The position numbers were made by a program, and so were the translations under genes. Below, one piece after another: positions 29,250 to 39,963 of a stretch of 64,000 nucleotides of DNA (position 1 is its first letter; the number at the start of each line of letters is the position of its first letter). The notes under the pieces were generated by a model. That model did no database searches. It was not told the DNA's origin and saw only the letters and a program-made list of their open reading frames with translations. Source of the stretch: Fidelibacterota bacterium (GTDB lineage: Bacteria > Fidelibacterota > UBA8477 > JABMPR01); assembly GCA_013202495.1 (NCBI GenBank), contig JABMQQ010000241.1:6928-70927 (forward strand), written 5' to 3'.

Positions 29250-31278
29250 TCAGCTGTTGCTCATAATGATCTTCTGGAACCGGGGATGATCGTGAAATGA
29301 ATCAAAAACTGGGTTCAGTCTGAAACGCCATTTTGTGTATCCACTTTTAAATGATAGCAAATATTCCAGTTCATCTATAGCCAATTCAGTTTCACCTACA
29401 AAATTATATATAATTGCCAGTCTAAAGTGATGATCAGGTCCATTGAGAGCATCTTTAGAAACCGGTTCCAATTCAATTGCCCTTTTGCCTGCATCAATTG
29501 CTTTCGCCTTATTGCCTCCCATTGTCATGAATTAAACCCAAGGTGCTGACAAGAAAGGCCTCATCCGGTTTCTCTTCTAGTTTACTTTTAATATTTTTGC
29601 GGGAGTGATCAAGTTCAACAGATAACCCACTTGTATTCTTCTGCAAATAGTAGATCCTGCTTTTATGAAAAGCCGAGAACTCCCCACTATAATCCTCCTG
29701 GATAATATTCAATGCAGCTTCATAATCACCTGAATCAATTTCCAGCTGAGCTCTGTTTGAAGCCAGCAATGAAGGACTATCAGAATTTAAAACACCTTCG
29801 TTAAAGATTCGCCGCGCCCCCTCCATGTCACCATAGGCATTTTTTAACTGCATAGCGTAGAATCGATAGGCGGTGGCATTCTCCGGATAAGATTGAATGG
29901 CCAGCTTATAGTAGATATCCGCTGTTTTGTTATCACCCACTAGGGAGTAATATCCAGCTAGCCACCCTGCATTTCCGATTCCATCTGGTTCCAGTTCATA
30001 TGATCTCTCTAAATAAATCTTTGCTTTAAGCCAATTTCCAGCTCTGGCATAGAGTTCTCCCAGGTGCTTGGCTGTCTCGCCATTTCCAGGTTGCCCTTCA
30101 GCGGCAATCTCAAATTCCAAAATAGCTGAAGCCGGGTCATCTAAACACCATTGATAAAAGATACCCTGGGCAAAATGGACTTCCGGATGATTCGGGATTA
30201 ATAGTTTTGCTCGTTCCAGAGTATTCCGGGCCAATTCTTTTCTCTCACGACTTGGATCCCAGTCCGGAGACTGAAAAAGTACTGAATGAGCTACAGATTG
30301 ACGGGCATAGGCTAAACCAAAATCTGGATCCAGTTTGATGGCTTCTTCATACATGGCTACGGCTTTCAGGTTGCCCTCTTCGGTGGTCTTGGTATACCAG
30401 AAGTGGTTGCCCTTCAGGAAGTAATCATACGCAGCCATATTTGATGTGGGGATATCCTCCAACTGCTGCTCTTCTTCTGGAGTCAGAGCTGATTTTAATG
30501 CTGAAGCAATTTTCCTGGCAACATCGGTCTGAATAGCAAAGATATCGGCGTATTCGCGATCATAAGTCTCAGCCCAGAGATGCTCATCAGACTTGGCCTT
30601 GATAAGCTGTGCCACAATGCGAACCTGATCCCCAGCCCGGCGTACACTTCCCTCCAGAATATTTGCCGCACCCACTTCTTTGGCAATTTCACTAATGCTT
30701 AGATCGGAGGATTTGTATTTGATCATAGTGGTTCGGGAGATTATCCGCAGGTCCCTGATCTTGGACAATTGAGTCAGGATATCATCATGAATTCCATCAG
30801 CAAAATAGGCATCCTCTTCAGAGGCAGAAAAATTTGTAAAGGGCAAAACTGCCACGGCTTTGGCATCCAGGGAATCAGCTTGTTTATTTATGGTAGCCAA
30901 ATCTGTTGGTGGTGGAGACTGTATCCTGGGATAGGCCAGGAGTCCCACAATAACCAGAAGCAAGACAATGATGACAGAATTCCCAGTGAAGGGTTTCTGC
31001 TCTTCTGTTTGTTTTTCGCCCGATTTAGGTGAACGGCGTAAGCCTTCAGGGGTAAACTGGAAGGTCCATGCCAAACCGATAGCTACTGGGAAACCGGCAA
31101 TCAGCAGCCAAAATACTGCTTTCACTACGAAGCCAGGCAACCCTAGCATTGGTACGACAATATCTGCTGCTTCCAGGAGAGCAAAACCCACTCCGAGATA
31201 CACTGCAACGGCTCGGAAGACCCTCCGATTTCGGAGTTCTTGAATTATTCCGCCAGGACCGTTTTTTTGCTCGCTCAT
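29250..31278 (-). pseudogene. Membrane-anchored TolB_N-like + TPR-repeat protein, paralogue 3, split into a 589-aa N-terminal ORF (29509..31278) and a 92-aa C-terminal ORF (29250..29528) by a 1-nt frameshift.
   Basis: N-terminal ORF has IIQELRNRRVFRAVAVYLGVGFALLEA, then AVAVLPF...FADGIHDDILTQLSKIRDLRIISRTT...HLWAETYDR. The 92-aa fragment (...DHPRFQKII) aligns to the C-termini of paralogues 1 and 2. The two ORFs overlap by 20 nt in different frames. Confidence 0.5.
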
Positions 31279-31424
31279 GATTTCCCCATCAGGTTTCTAT
31301 TAGAATGGCTGAAAATGGTTTGGAGGCCCGCGAAATGCAATATCTATTTTAAGATATAAATGGTCATGTTTAAACGATTTATATCAAGCAATAGACGCGA
31401 ATTAGCACCTAATTTTGGGATATC

Positions 31425-32186
31425 TCAAAATCTTAGGGAAAGACAGCTCAGCCCACCATCTAATTTCCTGAATTCAGATACATCAACTTCCAGGACTTCA
31501 TACCCTGCATTGCTGATGGTTTGAAGGGCAAGGGGATAGCCCTGGGGGACGAGAACTTTATCATTCACCCAGATACAATTGGCGGCATAGCTTTCAGAAT
31601 GCTCTATGGGCAATAAATTGAATTTCTGAAAATCGGGATGTATGAGAAACTCGCCGCAGGCCAGGAGATTATTGCGTTCCAGATATGCGACCCCAGTCTT
31701 CAGATGGAGAACTTCCTTCAACTCAACCACAGATCCTGTAAGTCCATATTTTTGAAGATGAACCATAAGTTGACCGGCTCCTGATTGGTTGGTTCGTGCA
31801 GATAAACCGATATAAAAATGTGAGCCCACCATCATCACATCTCCTGCTTCCAGGGATCCAGGAGCGTGGATTTCTTCCATATTCTCAAAGTGCTGCTTCA
31901 ACAAACTTCGCATCCCCTTAATTTCCCCACGTCGAGAGGGGGCACCGGGGTTGGTAATAATGGCGCACTTTTTAGTGAGCAAAGCCACATCTTCTACAAA
32001 GGTTGAGTCAGGAAATTCAGGATTCGCTTCCAGACAGAGTACTTCCAGACCGCAGGATTCAAGTGCACGGATGTATTCTGCATGCTGTTTGAGAGCCAGA
32101 TCAAAGTCTGGTTTTCCCAGATCGGCAGATGTGAGCCCGTTGATCATACTAAGTGCTGGTGTGCGAACGATGGCTTTGGTGAACAT
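31425..32186 (-). CDS. Dimethylarginine dimethylaminohydrolase (DDAH)-like amidinotransferase-superfamily enzyme.
   Basis: N-terminus AIVRTPALS. C-terminal nucleophile region DGGLSCLSLRF. Matches DDAH family order, about 253 aa. Confidence 0.65.
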   Translation of the reverse strand: MFTKAIVRTPALSMINGLTSADLGKPDFDLALKQHAEYIRALESCGLEVLCLEANPEFPDSTFVEDVALLTKKCAIITNPGAPSRRGEIKGMRSLLKQHFENMEEIHAPGSLEAGDVMMVGSHFYIGLSARTNQSGAGQLMVHLQKYGLTGSVVELKEVLHLKTGVAYLERNNLLACGEFLIHPDFQKFNLLPIEHSESYAANCIWVNDKVLVPQGYPLALQTISNAGYEVLEVDVSEFRKLDGGLSCLSLRF

Positions 32187-32306
32187 TTCATTCTCCAGAT
32201 CTTAAGATTTTATATGGGAGATATATCCAGTTTGAAAATAACCGGTTCATTATTGGTCACAAGGTCTCAAAGCAACCTCATTGGAATAGATAATACTCAC
32301 AATAGT

Positions 32307-32324
32307 TACTCTTGAAAAAGAGTA
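32307..32324. promoter_or_regulatory. Palindrome TACTCTT-gaaa-AAGAGTA in the divergent DDAH/BASS-transporter intergenic region.
   Basis: Perfect 7-bp arms separated by 4 nt, centred between the divergent starts at 32186 and 32464. Confidence 0.35.
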
Positions 32325-32463
32325 TCAATATTTCAAGAATAGACTATTTTGAATTGAATCAAAAAAATGGGAAACGGATGAACAGGCAGGCTTTTGTCCA
32401 GCTATTCATGTATGTGATCCACAATTCAACCAATAGAAAACTAACACAGAATGGAGTACTTCA

Positions 32464-33345
32464 ATGATTATTGATATCATTTTACCCCTATCGCTTGTCT
32501 TTATCATGTTCAGTCTTGGTCTGAGTCTCACCCTCAATGATTTCAAGAATGTGGCGAAGCAGCCAAAGGTCTTTGCTGTGGGTATCCTAAACCAGATGGT
32601 GCTGCTTCCCCTGGTTGCATTTGGAATCATTCTATTGTTTGGGTTAACTAAAGAAATGGCTGTGGGACTCATGATACTTGCCTGTTGCCCAGGTGGTGTG
32701 ACGTCAAATATCCTGACCAAAATGGCCAAAGGAGATACGGCCCTCTCCATTTCATATACAGCAGTTGTGAGTATCGTAAGCGTCATCACCCTGCCTATCA
32801 TCACGGGATTTTCAATTGCCTATTTCATGGGTGCTGAAGCTCCGGAAATCAGCGTTCTATCTCTGGGCATGACGATGTTTCTCATCACCGCGATCCCCGT
32901 CGCTATTGGATTACTGGTACATCATAAAGCAGAAGATTTCACCCATAGGTTTGAACCCAAAGCCAGCAAAATATCTGCAATCCTGTTCGTTATCATTGTG
33001 ATTGGCGCCCTCTCCAGTGAATGGGACACCTTTGTGAATAACGTCACCATCCTGGGTCCTGGCATTGTAACCCTTATCATCATCATGTTACTCATGGGCT
33101 ATAGCAGTGCTCATCTTTTCAAGATGAATGAGGCTCAAGCAGTTTCCGTCGCTATAGCCACCGGTATACAGAATGCTACTGTGGGTATCACAGTTGGAAA
33201 CCTGATCCTCCCCTCAGGTGAAGGTCTATCCCTTCTGAGTCTCCCCTCTGGTGTGTATGGGATTCTCATGTACCTCGTTTGTCTGCCCATCGTTTTTGGA
33301 TACGTCAAATGGGTTCATGTAAAGTTGGTGGGCGTCCCTGGCTAA
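32464..33345 (+). CDS. Bile acid:sodium symporter (BASS) family transporter.
   Basis: Sequence FSLGLSLTLNDFKNV...ILACCPGGVTSNILTKMAKGDTALSIS matches BASS signature regions. About nine TM segments. Confidence 0.75.
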   Translation: MIIDIILPLSLVFIMFSLGLSLTLNDFKNVAKQPKVFAVGILNQMVLLPLVAFGIILLFGLTKEMAVGLMILACCPGGVTSNILTKMAKGDTALSISYTAVVSIVSVITLPIITGFSIAYFMGAEAPEISVLSLGMTMFLITAIPVAIGLLVHHKAEDFTHRFEPKASKISAILFVIIVIGALSSEWDTFVNNVTILGPGIVTLIIIMLLMGYSSAHLFKMNEAQAVSVAIATGIQNATVGITVGNLILPSGEGLSLLSLPSGVYGILMYLVCLPIVFGYVKWVHVKLVGVPG

Positions 33346-33623
33346 AATATTAAATGAGTTCCAAACAGCCCCAACACTTTAGAACTTACTAAGTTAATAG
33401 TTGTTTAAAACCAACAGTTTAGACTATATCATTTGCATATGGATCCATATCACAACCATAATTTTTTAGTTGTGCATTAACAACTTATGCTAAAAAATAT
33501 ATTTCTCTAAGATTATATTTTCCATGCACTTATATCCGCTTCCCTCAAAGGTTGGCATAGGGATTGACACTTATGCATGTTGACAAACGTTTTTAACAAA
33601 ATTCGCCGATGAAGGAGACCATC

Positions 33624-33992
33624 ATGACAACAAAAGCATGGATGAAATCAGGTCTTATTATTTTGGCAGCAGCACTTGTTTTGAATGCAATGCCCATGGA
33701 GGCCGAAATGGTTACAAGGCCTCGACCAGTGGGTGGCATAACAGCAGTGTGTGAACACGTAATCTATCCTGATCTCGCAGTGGATATGGGTTTGGAAGGA
33801 AATGTAATTCTCAGGTTTAGGGTAGATGAATTTGGGGCTGTTTCCAACATCCAGGTTATTCAAAGTGGAGGTTATTTACTTGATGAAGCAGCCATGGCAG
33901 CAGTATCACGCACTGAATGGATCCCAGCGTCTCATAACAATCAGAACTATTCCGTTCTTTTCCAACTCCCCTTCAAATTCTGTCTCGACTAG
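33624..33992 (+). CDS. Small periplasmic protein with a TonB C-terminal domain.
   Basis: AAGGAG Shine-Dalgarno 6 nt before ATG 33624; the ORF-track ATG at 33609 lacks one. Signal peptide. YPDLAVDMGLEGNVILRFRVDEFGAVSNIQVIQSGGYLLDEAAMAAVSRTEWIPA follows the TonB_C pattern. Confidence 0.6.
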   Translation: MTTKAWMKSGLIILAAALVLNAMPMEAEMVTRPRPVGGITAVCEHVIYPDLAVDMGLEGNVILRFRVDEFGAVSNIQVIQSGGYLLDEAAMAAVSRTEWIPASHNNQNYSVLFQLPFKFCLD

Positions 33993-34151
33993 ACAATGTA
34001 CTACTTGGTGAATCAGTCAGGATGAATTTGCCGATTTGTCCTGGCGTGTTCTTATTACAAAAATATTTGAATTTTACTTCCCAAGATACTTGGGATGGAA
34101 TCTCAATATATCCTTTGGCTCAATTGGTTATTTGCACTGAGGAGGGGTATA

Positions 34152-34526
34152 TCAGTTCAGGTTTTTATTGCTCCTACTGAGTGCTTGACTAACTGATTTT
34201 AAAAATTCTGAAACATCAAAGGGCTTTTCAAAAGTGTATTTTACTCCCAGAGCCGAAACAAAGTTCAAATACTCGGGAAATCCAGCCGACATGGCAATTA
34301 TTTCTGGCGCGGGATGGGACTTTAAGAGTTCCATGCATACCTCAAAGCCTTCTTTACGGGGCATAATCATATCTGTGATCACAAGATCATGGTGTTCTTT
34401 GTTATATAGATCCAAGCCCTCAATTCCATCTGGGGCGAGATCAACTTTATAACCCTCTAATTCGAGCATCGTAACCATGAATTCACCCATGGATTCTTCA
34501 TCTTCTATAACCAGTATGTTCGACAT
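34152..34526 (-). CDS. Stand-alone response-regulator receiver (CheY-like) protein.
   Basis: Sequence ILVIEDEESMGEF...DLVITDMIMP...K-containing REC fold. 124 aa. Confidence 0.7.
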   Translation of the reverse strand: MSNILVIEDEESMGEFMVTMLELEGYKVDLAPDGIEGLDLYNKEHHDLVITDMIMPRKEGFEVCMELLKSHPAPEIIAMSAGFPEYLNFVSALGVKYTFEKPFDVSEFLKSVSQALSRSNKNLN

Positions 34527-34820
34527 AATTCACCTATCCCATATTCCCAATGAAATCTTCTTTCAATTCAAAAGACAGATCTCCAACTTGCTTAAACTCA
34601 AAAAGCTACCACCCTTTATAGATCAAAGATTGAGCCATTCATTTTTTACTGTCCTATATGACTGTTATTTATGAGTTAATCAGATTCTAAAAAGAATTAC
34701 GCATGTCGTATATGTCAACGAATATTTACAATAAATAGCTGGATTGTAGTATTTATAGCACAGTATGTTGGATTGAAACTATAAGTGTGTAGGCCTCAGA
34801 ATCACCATGGCCAGAAAATC

Positions 34821-35711
34821 TTATTGCCCCTCCACCTTGAGGAGATCGCTGGACATTAATGAAAGCCTGAAAAATGGATTGATCACTTCACTATGTCCCA
34901 ATGTGGTGAAGATTGATATAATCTTGACTGATTTTAATTCCTCCACAGAAACAGCATTCTTTTCAATCCTTTGATTTGCCATTCCCCAATCATCGAAATC
35001 ATCCATTAAATCAACACTATTCCTCATGGTCCCCCCATTCTGCGTGGTAATATTGATCAATCTGCCCTCATATTTTTCCAGCCAGTGTGTGTAATTTTCG
35101 ACCTGACCATACAGCGCATCAAATAGATAAACTTCAGATATGTTTTCAGTTAATCCCCCTCGATTCAGAATAAAGGAGATGACCCGATAGGCCCCACTAT
35201 GCCCAGCTAAAATGATTTTGCCGGGAGTTGGGATCTTTATCTTTTTTTCTTGCCCTAGAAAAGCCAATACATCTTCTACCAGAGCTTTAAATATCTTTGG
35301 CTCCTCCAACCTGCCACCGAAAGAATCGGATGCATCTTTGGGTCCTTCGGGAAGGACGAAAACAGCATTTGTTTTACTGCCTGAAAATTGTTGAATAAGT
35401 TCAAATTTCTCGATTGATTCCTGAATGCTATTGCCCCAGCCGTGAAAGTAGAACACCAGATTCACCGCTTCAGTCTGAACAAAATGATCGGGAATAAAAA
35501 TAGCTACTGAAGAATCATTATAATGTTCTTCGAAACCAAAAAGAATGTCATTGTAAACATGACCCATAGCTCTATCGGGATGTGGGAAGGGACTATTGGA
35601 ACTGCTTTGAATGGTAAGCTGCCCGCCAGACACCGCTGTCCATTCTGCCGACTTGCACATTGATAGACTGGTCATTATCAAAACCACAATAAGAAATACC
35701 ATTTTTTTCAT
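34821..35711 (-). CDS. Secreted alpha/beta-hydrolase-fold esterase-like protein.
   Basis: Signal peptide MKKMVFLIVVLIMTSLSMC. Nucleophile-elbow-like IILAGHSGAY. FYFHGWGNS oxyanion-like region. Confidence 0.45.
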   Translation of the reverse strand: MKKMVFLIVVLIMTSLSMCKSAEWTAVSGGQLTIQSSSNSPFPHPDRAMGHVYNDILFGFEEHYNDSSVAIFIPDHFVQTEAVNLVFYFHGWGNSIQESIEKFELIQQFSGSKTNAVFVLPEGPKDASDSFGGRLEEPKIFKALVEDVLAFLGQEKKIKIPTPGKIILAGHSGAYRVISFILNRGGLTENISEVYLFDALYGQVENYTHWLEKYEGRLINITTQNGGTMRNSVDLMDDFDDWGMANQRIEKNAVSVEELKSVKIISIFTTLGHSEVINPFFRLSLMSSDLLKVEGQ

Positions 35712-35865
35712 AGGAGCCTCAAAATATCAATCGAATTAATTACTGCTTAAACTAATACGAGCTTCCCTCAATCGCCACATTTCAACAGGAATTTTAATGC
35801 CCGCCCACAGGATTTAGGCTTAGATTTGCCCACAATTCAAAACGATTCATAAAAGGGGACCTTCC

Positions 35866-36324
35866 ATGACACTGCTCACCTTTACCCTGAACGGGAAAAA
35901 ACAATCTGTTGACGTCCCTCCTGCCACACCACTTCTCTGGGTTTTACGTGATACGCTAAAGCTCACCGGAACAAAATATAGCTGTGGAAAAGGATTATGT
36001 GGAAGTTGCACTGTACATGTGGATGGCGAGCCACGCAAATCTTGTACTCTCCCCGTCTCGAAAGTTGAAGGGAAAACAGTTCTTACTATTGAAGGTTTGG
36101 GTGCAAGGGGTCTCCATCCAGTACAGAAGGCTTGGATCGAAGATGAGGTCGCCCAATGCGGTTATTGTCAACCTGGTCAGATCATGACTGCCGTTGCTTT
36201 GTTAGATGACAATGCCCACCCCACTGATTCTGATATTGAAGATGCCATGAAGGGGATTCTCTGTCGCTGTGGGACCTATCAACGCATCAAAAAAGCCATC
36301 CACACGGCAGCAGAGGAGGCTTAA
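35866..36324 (+). CDS. (2Fe-2S)-binding small subunit of a xanthine-dehydrogenase-family molybdoenzyme (IorA/CoxS-like).
   Basis: Motifs [11 protein letters not shown] and [17 protein letters not shown]...CRCGTYQRI, the two [2Fe-2S] cysteine clusters of this family. Confidence 0.8.
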   Translation: MTLLTFTLNGKKQSVDVPPATPLLWVLRDTLKLTGTKYSCGKGLCGSCTVHVDGEPRKSCTLPVSKVEGKTVLTIEGLGARGLHPVQKAWIEDEVAQCGYCQPGQIMTAVALLDDNAHPTDSDIEDAMKGILCRCGTYQRIKKAIHTAAEEA

Positions 36325-36325
36325 G

Positions 36326-38422
36326 ATGAATTCAATTGAAAGTAAACTTCTTGATCGTCGACAATTTCTAAAACTCAGTACAGGCAGTACTGCAGCTCTT
36401 GTCCTTGGGTTTTGCTGGCCGTTGAATGGAAAAGATTCAGTTTCAGGTGAGGATGTCACCTTTGTACCCAATGCCTATTTAAAAATTCATTCCAATGATA
36501 CAGTGAGTGTCATCATGCCCCGCAGCGAAATGGGTCAGAAAATATATACCGCCCTACCCCAGATTGTGGCCGAAGAATTGGAAGCTGACTGGAGCAAGAT
36601 TAAAGTTATTCAGGGGGATTTGAATGAAGTTTATGGATCACAGACCACCGGCGGAAGTGCCAGTGTGCGGACTCAATATGATCGATTAAGAAAAGCTGGC
36701 GCCACGGCTAAAGCCATGCTAATCCAGGCTGCTGCCACCACCCTGAATGTACCTGTGTCTGAATGCCATGCTGAATCTGGTTATGTCCACCACAGTAGAA
36801 GTGATCGTATACTGAGCTACGGATCACTGGTTGCGCTGGCAAATACACTAGCAGTCCCGAAAAATGTGATCCTGAAAGACCCCAAAGCATTCCATATCAT
36901 TGGCAAAGCCTATAAGAGTCTGGATGGTGTTGGCAAGGTTGATGGAAGCATCAAATTCGGATACGATTTTGAACTCCCTGAAATGCTCACAGCAGTTGTG
37001 GCACGAATTCCAAAATACGGGGGTAGCATAGTCACCTTTGATGCCACCGAGGCTTTAAAGGTACCCGGGGTGACCAAGGTAGCACCTATCTCAGCTGGTG
37101 TGGCAGTTCTTGCTGAAAATTCCTGGGCGGCCCTTCAGGGAAGAAAAAAATTAGTGGTGAAGTGGAATGATGGTCCACATGCTAAACTAAACAGTAAAAA
37201 AATATCAGATGACCTCCATATAGCCCTTGAGCAAGAGGGAACTATTATTCGCGCCGAAGGTGACACAGATAAAGCCCTCAAAACAGCTGAACGGCAAATT
37301 GATTTAACCTTTGAAGTTCCTTATCTGGATCATGCTCCCCAGGAGCCAAACAATTGCACAGCCCATGTCCATAATGGGATATGTGAAATATGGGCACCGA
37401 CCCAAAATCCAGGTGCGGCATGGTGGGCTGCAAAAAGCGTGACTCAGTTTGACGACGAAAATATCAAGATCCATACTCTCCGTATGGGTGGTGCTTTTGG
37501 TAGAAAATTGCAGAGTGATTACGTGCGGGATGCCGTTGAAGTAGCTCAACTCACGAAGTTGCCAGTCAAAGTCATTCGAACCCGTTCTGAAGACCTGAAA
37601 AATGGCTTTTATCGGCCAAGTACAGTTCATCAGGTAAAGGTTGGACTTGATAGAAATAATAAGCTGGTAAGCTGGAATCATAAATTATCCGGACCTCAAG
37701 ATGGTTGGGCGCCTATTATAACAGGTGGTGCCGATGAATTGGCCTACGACATTCCGAATCAAAAGGTTTCTTATGTCATGACCAAGCAACCCATTCCTAT
37801 TGGAGCCTGGCGATCGGTTGCTCACACACAGAATGCTTTTGTCCATGAAAGCATGGTGGATGAAGTGGCTCGGAAGACGGGGCGTGATCCTCTGGCTTTT
37901 CGGCGCGAATTACTCAAGAATCGACCCAGACATCTTGGCGTACTTGATCTGGTGGAAAAGCATTCCAAGTGGGGTAAACCCCTCAAGGATAACAGGGCTC
38001 AGGGTCTAGCTGTTCATTATTCATTTAATAGTTATGTCGCTATCGTGATTGAAATATCTGAAGCTAAAAAAGGACTCCATGTAGAGCGGGTCACCGCAGC
38101 TATAGATTGCGGGACAGTAATTAATCCTGACGGTGTCAGGGCTCAGGTAGAAGGTGGCATAGTTATGGGCTTAACCGCTGCATTGTATGGTGAAATAACC
38201 ATAGACCAGGGTGAAGTGGAGCAGACAAACTTCCACAACTATCGGTTGCTCAAGATGGATAAAATGCCTGAGATCAATATCCATATTGTGGAAAGCACGG
38301 AACCTCCGACAGGTGTCGGGGAGCCACCAGTGCCACCTACACCACCTGCACTTATGAATGCTATCGCGGCTCTGACCGGGAAAAGATTATCGCGCTTACC
38401 TTTAAAGAGTCAGTTGGGATAG
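36326..38422 (+). CDS. Tat-exported molybdopterin-binding large subunit of a xanthine-dehydrogenase-family oxidoreductase (IorB/aldehyde-oxidoreductase-like).
   Basis: Start at ATG 36326, 1 nt after the small-subunit stop. Twin-arginine signal LDRRQFLKLSTGSTAALVLG. About 700 aa with Ald_Xan_dh-like regions. Confidence 0.7.
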   Translation: MNSIESKLLDRRQFLKLSTGSTAALVLGFCWPLNGKDSVSGEDVTFVPNAYLKIHSNDTVSVIMPRSEMGQKIYTALPQIVAEELEADWSKIKVIQGDLNEVYGSQTTGGSASVRTQYDRLRKAGATAKAMLIQAAATTLNVPVSECHAESGYVHHSRSDRILSYGSLVALANTLAVPKNVILKDPKAFHIIGKAYKSLDGVGKVDGSIKFGYDFELPEMLTAVVARIPKYGGSIVTFDATEALKVPGVTKVAPISAGVAVLAENSWAALQGRKKLVVKWNDGPHAKLNSKKISDDLHIALEQEGTIIRAEGDTDKALKTAERQIDLTFEVPYLDHAPQEPNNCTAHVHNGICEIWAPTQNPGAAWWAAKSVTQFDDENIKIHTLRMGGAFGRKLQSDYVRDAVEVAQLTKLPVKVIRTRSEDLKNGFYRPSTVHQVKVGLDRNNKLVSWNHKLSGPQDGWAPIITGGADELAYDIPNQKVSYVMTKQPIPIGAWRSVAHTQNAFVHESMVDEVARKTGRDPLAFRRELLKNRPRHLGVLDLVEKHSKWGKPLKDNRAQGLAVHYSFNSYVAIVIEISEAKKGLHVERVTAAIDCGTVINPDGVRAQVEGGIVMGLTAALYGEITIDQGEVEQTNFHNYRLLKMDKMPEINIHIVESTEPPTGVGEPPVPPTPPALMNAIAALTGKRLSRLPLKSQLG

Positions 38423-38508
38423 GGATTTACCTTCTGGGATGTATATATGTCGAATTGTTGCAGGGGACTTTCGGGATGAGCAACAACTGCTCCTCATCCG
38501 GTGATATT

Positions 38509-39963
38509 CTACTGGGGTAATCGAATATAGAAGATGTTTCCTGAGGGCTGATTCGGTTCAACTCCTACATCGCCATTATGAGCCTTGGCAATACGCTTCA
38601 CAATGGCGAGACCTAGACCTCGACCATTTTTTTTGGCATTTGAAAGTTGAGAGCCACGTTCAAAAATGAGGCTGCGTTTCTCGGCCGGAATTGTGCGACC
38701 AAAATCTTTAAAGCCAATCAAGACTGAATCGTTTCCCTCAATTGCTTCAATTATAATTCTCTTACCATCACGGGCATACTTAATGGCGTTGCTGATATAG
38801 TTCTTAAACGCCTCGGCGATTAAAGGATTGGCAGTTATTTTTATTTCTGTAGGTATCTGTATCTCCAGGGACATTCCTGTACTTTCAAGCTGCGAAGTAA
38901 ACTCATTTCCAATCTCCAACATGAGTTCATTTAGTACCAAAACAGATTTGGGGATTTGTTCTCCGAATACGGCCCGACTTAATACGGATGTGTTCTCCAG
39001 GACTCCCAGCAAACGTTGGCTGCTCAAGAAGATACTTTTCACAATTTCATCCTCTGGTAAATACTCGCGAGCCATGTCGGCCAAACCATAAATAACACTG
39101 GCCGGAGTTTTTAGATCATGGGTCACCACATCAAGCAGCAGCTCACGTAAACTATCGGATTCCTCAATTTTGATTTCGGCGAGTTTTCGCTCTGTGATGT
39201 TTCTACTCACGCCCAGGACAGCTGAGACTTTACCCGAGTTACTTTTCACTGGATTAAGCGATGTATCAATCCAGACAATCCGATCTCCCATTCTGATATT
39301 GGACTCATAGTTAGAGCCCTTTCCACTATGAAATATTTCTTTTAAGCTCTCTTGATATTTTTCAACAATATCTGGGGGAAATAATTGGGAGAGGCGTTTG
39401 CCCTGGATTTGCTCAGGTACTCCACCTACAGATTTAGCAGCAGCTTTGTTCAACGAAAGTACAATTCCCTCATCATCAACTAGAAAAATTAGATCCGATG
39501 AGAACTCGACCAATGTTCGATATTTTTCTTCACTTGCCTGAAGTGCCGCTTCTGTTGCTCGTTGTTCGGTGAGATCCCGAATATAAAGTCTAACCCCTAA
39601 TGGCACATCAGAGTCATCTAGTATAAAAGAGCCCTGGCAGGCTCCACAAAAACCGGTACCATCAACCTTCTTAAGCCAAAAGTCATGTAATTGCTGTGCT
39701 TCGTGTCGAGAATATGGAGTTTGCTTCTCATAACTTTCAAGAGCGAAAGACTCCGTAAGGCTTCTAGCGCGGAGATACTCGGTCTCATTGAGAAAAATAT
39801 CTTTAATCGGTATGGCCAATGGTTCTTTTGTGGGCGAATATCCAAAAAGAAAAAATGCCATACGGTTCATATATGTGACCAGCTGATTTGACAAATCAAT
39901 CTCGATCAAAGCACCAGGAAGAAACTCTAGAGTATCAGTAACATGCCTTTTTAGTTCTTCCAT
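38509..39963 (-). CDS. PAS-domain sensor histidine kinase.
   Basis: PAS regions. H-box LLDVVTHDLKTPASVIYGLADM. HATPase motifs (G-box GRGLGLAIVKRIAKAHNG). Confidence 0.75.
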   Translation of the reverse strand: MEELKRHVTDTLEFLPGALIEIDLSNQLVTYMNRMAFFLFGYSPTKEPLAIPIKDIFLNETEYLRARSLTESFALESYEKQTPYSRHEAQQLHDFWLKKVDGTGFCGACQGSFILDDSDVPLGVRLYIRDLTEQRATEAALQASEEKYRTLVEFSSDLIFLVDDEGIVLSLNKAAAKSVGGVPEQIQGKRLSQLFPPDIVEKYQESLKEIFHSGKGSNYESNIRMGDRIVWIDTSLNPVKSNSGKVSAVLGVSRNITERKLAEIKIEESDSLRELLLDVVTHDLKTPASVIYGLADMAREYLPEDEIVKSIFLSSQRLLGVLENTSVLSRAVFGEQIPKSVLVLNELMLEIGNEFTSQLESTGMSLEIQIPTEIKITANPLIAEAFKNYISNAIKYARDGKRIIIEAIEGNDSVLIGFKDFGRTIPAEKRSLIFERGSQLSNAKKNGRGLGLAIVKRIAKAHNGDVGVEPNQPSGNIFYIRLPQ

